Source: Amoebidium appalachense
Taxonomy: Eukaryota; Protista; Ichthyosporea
Length of the DNA: 64,000 bases
Direction of reading: 5' to 3'
NCBI GenBank assembly: GCA_963693365.1
Contig: CAVNZM010000013.1
Span: forward strand, 6,958,713-7,022,712
In this document: one piece after another, positions 56,957-64,000 of the stretch
How the letters are laid out: the number at the start of each line of letters is the position of its first letter
Position numbering within the stretch: position 1 is the first letter of the stretch
Notes under the pieces: generated by a model
What the model was told of the DNA's origin: nothing
Databases searched by the model: none
Seen by the model: the letters and a program-made list of their open reading frames with translations, nothing else
Position numbers and translations under genes: made by a program

Positions 56957-58193
56957 TGACATCGATTGGAAGTGAGTAGAAAATAAGGGTGACACTAAAA
57001 CAACAAATAACACGTAGCGGGGCTTGCAATGAGAGAGCCCTCCGTTCTGGTGGCGGCGGTTTTAATGATATGGTTTACTATTACTATTAATATTATTATC
57101 ATTTTTTTTTTTTAAGGGAGGGGGGGGGGGGGGGGGGGATGGTTAGGATGCGTTATAGAGTATGAAGTGCACTCATAGAGGACATCACAACATCCACGAA
57201 CAACATAATGCAGAGTGCAAAGCACACATGAAGAGTGTGCATAATAAGCGAAGCCATCCTCTGGGGGGAGGGGGGGGGGGGGAGGGGAGGGGGTAGGAGG
57301 GGGGGGGGGTTTTGAATGCGGAACACGGTACAAAGTACGCATACACGACGAGAAGCATGGTGCAGGACACATGCAAAGGCAAACATTCAAGTATGCAACA
57401 TCAGCCATGTGCACAGTATGCGTCATAAGCAGAGAGGGGGGGGGGGGGGGGGAGATGTTGGGAGGGGTGTAGGGGGGAGGGGTTGGGGGGTCCGGGGGAA
57501 CGTTAGAATTTTACGATAGAGGAATGAAGTCTAGTTGAAGTGTGTGTATATGTGTGTGGGGGGGGGGGGGGGGGGGGTGGGGGGGTGGGGGGAGGAAATT
57601 TGGCAGTTGGGGAGAACTGACGTGGGAATTTCAGTGGGCTCACTGTCACGTTTACCATTCCACGACCCTCCCCACTCCCCTCCCCCCCCCCCCCCCCCTC
57701 CCCCTCCCCCCCCCCCCCCCACACACATACACAGGCTTACCTGGTTCTTGTAAAGCCAATCCACAGCAATGAAATTCGCAGTGCATATCACCACCCTCAC
57801 CCCCGTGTCATAGAACACAAGCATGGCCTTCGAGTGGTGTGTGCCGTATGCAATAGGTAGTTTGGGCACGTGCCACGTCACATTTCTCTCCGCCACATGT
57901 TTGCTCTTGGTCCCATCACCAGTGATCACCGTAACGGGCACCCTTCTCAACCGTGGGCACACACTATACAACCACCACAAGTCTGTCATGTAGTTCGAAA
58001 GAACAACCTCATTATAGTTTCCACTGAGAAGTTCGGGGAGTGACCAGGTGTGTGTGTTTGCGTTTGCAGGCAGCCCCTTAACCCGGTTCAGGCGGTAAAA
58101 CGTGCACAAGTGCGCATGATTGTCTTCAGTTACGGTGGTTGAAGAACATCCACCAAGCCAACCACCGGACAAGCTGCTCGTTTCATTGAACAT
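51744..58193 (-). CDS. TDP1: Tyrosyl-DNA phosphodiesterase 1 with C-terminal acidic linker and WWE domain; start codon uncertain
   Basis: Exons 57741-58193, 56329-56781, 54964-55283, 53488-53608, 52469-53062, 51744-51932, all phase-consistent. Both HxK catalytic motifs are present (YGTHHSK; AMPHIKTY). Also SNYM, TANFI, QGIW.QDFP, LIASVPG, QYSSLGSL, S.NLSKAAWG, RSYELGVL, IPY.LPP.PY...D.PW. Confidence 0.93.
53931..54031 (-). repeat. Poly-C-embedded intronic element, core copy in a TDP1 intron
   Basis: Near-identical to 27452-27556 but lacks the last few bases. Confidence 0.9.
57143..57262 (-). repeat. Poly-C-embedded intronic element, diverged subfamily with internal insertion
   Basis: ATGCGTTATAGAGTATGAAGTGCAC...ATGCAGAGTGCAAAGCACACATGAAGAGTGTGCATAATAAGCGAAGCCATCCTC. 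Confidence 0.8.
57310..57434 (-). repeat. Poly-C-embedded intronic element, long subfamily, next to the previous copy
   Basis: TTTGAATGCGGAACACGGTACAAAGTAC...AGTATGCGTCATAAGCAGAG; separated from 57143-57262 only by a G-rich tract. Confidence 0.8.
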
Positions 58194-59525
58194 TCTCTAG
58201 ATGAAGGTGTTCCAAGTGCGTAAAATAAACACTGAACTGATGCACTCTCTCTGTCTTTGTCTCTGTCCCTCTCTCTATATATATATATATCCCACTGTAT
58301 CTATATCTCCCTCCCTCCCTCCCTCCCTCCCTCCCTCCCTCCCTCCCTCCCTCTCTCTCTCTGTCTCTCTTTCTCTCTCTCTTTCTCTCCCTCTCTCTCC
58401 CCCTCCCTCTCTCTCTTTATTTCTCTCTCTCTCTCTCTCTCCCCCCCCCCCCCCCCCCCCCCCCTGCCCCCCTCCTCTCTCTCTCTCTCCCGGCCAGCCC
58501 GGGAACACACACACACACACTTCCTCCTATTCAGTCAACCGTGCTCACACTCTCTAATCCCTGTTGCGAATTATCTGGCACCCGTCTAGATCCTTCTCTC
58601 CTTTTCCCGTTTGCTTTGCCTTTGTGCAGCTGTTACCCTCATACCACATCTCTTAAGAGCTCTTAATCTCTTCGCCCCTCTTCTTCTCTCTCCCCACTTC
58701 CCTCCCTCTGCCCCTTCCTCTCTCTCATTCCGCCTGTCTTGTCTAAACCGTCTCTTTAATCGACACAGCTGTTTCGTTCCTATCTCTCCCCTTCTCTTCC
58801 TTTGCAGTTATCAAAAGCATCATGTTGGTATGTTCATCAAGCGCAGATAATTTGACAGGTTGCAACTCGTGTAGGACTCAAAAACAGTGAGGTACTGTAG
58901 GTGCACGTGAGCCCGCCGCCCCTCTTGCTCGGATTTTACTGCAGAGGAATCTGATTGGTCAGGTACAACATGCCTTGCTTATGTAGTATGCCCATTCCCC
59001 AAAGGCTTCCCCAAATTATGTTTCGATTTCTGCTCTTTTATGGAAAAAAAAACTGAAGGTGTGAGGACCAGCAGCATTTCAGTAAAGTTTGTACAAATAG
59101 CATACATACAGACCTTTGTTTACTACATGATTGCTGATCGGGCAGATACAAAGCAGAGGCGGCACATACTATGAGCTCGGCGCACACTAAGTGTTACACA
59201 AAAGTGCGAGGAAGGCTTTTCATTGGCTACAGATTTAGTTGGCGCCTGCTCAAGGCCTCAGGCAGACGTACAATTATTCAATAAATAGTGCACAGTGGTG
59301 TGTAATGTATACGACACGTAAATAAGGATGAGCGAGGAGGGCTGAATATGTAATGCTTGCGTATGTCACTCATTTTGAGCCATCGAATCGCCAACACGTT
59401 CGTGTCTCAAGACCGACTTGTCATCTTGGATTGAGCTACAATGGTTGATTGGCTTAAAAACATTTACCGTTAAAGTTGATGGGTGTGATTCAAACCCTGT
59501 GGAATGCTGGTGGTTTATTTTTTGT

Positions 59526-63943
<4,418 letters not shown>

Positions 63944-64000
63944 CTGCGGGGGATATGCATTCAGTGTTATACGAGTTGCTTTATTGTGTGGGGACTATGT

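Overview
Eukaryotic, intron-rich genomic DNA saturated with (CA/TG)n, (AG/CT)n and poly-G/poly-C tracts. Almost all ORFs in the supplied track are microsatellite artefacts. Manual splicing (all GT-AG, standard code) gives five genes: (1) a P5A-type ATPase (ATP13A1/Spf1 family) of at least 38 exons on the minus strand, ATG at 30120, continuing past the left edge; (2) an intronless 417-aa multi-TM, GPCR-like gene (minus); (3) a 7-exon cathepsin X/Z (plus) with a 1-nt frame break at UCC-UAA; (4) TDP1 (minus) carrying an unexpected C-terminal WWE domain; (5) the 3' part of an unidentified gene with a long low-complexity tail (minus). The most notable non-coding signals are: a family of about 15 short (65-185 bp) hairpin-rich elements, found only in introns, embedded in poly-C tracts and always in host-sense orientation; a strand-polarised intron architecture (weak GT donor followed by poly-C, (CA)n running into the AG acceptor); tandem copies of splice sites; and two copies of a TA-flanked 0.6-kb MITE. 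Four frame inconsistencies lie in or beside homopolymers, so assembly indels are likely. The organism cannot be identified from this window.
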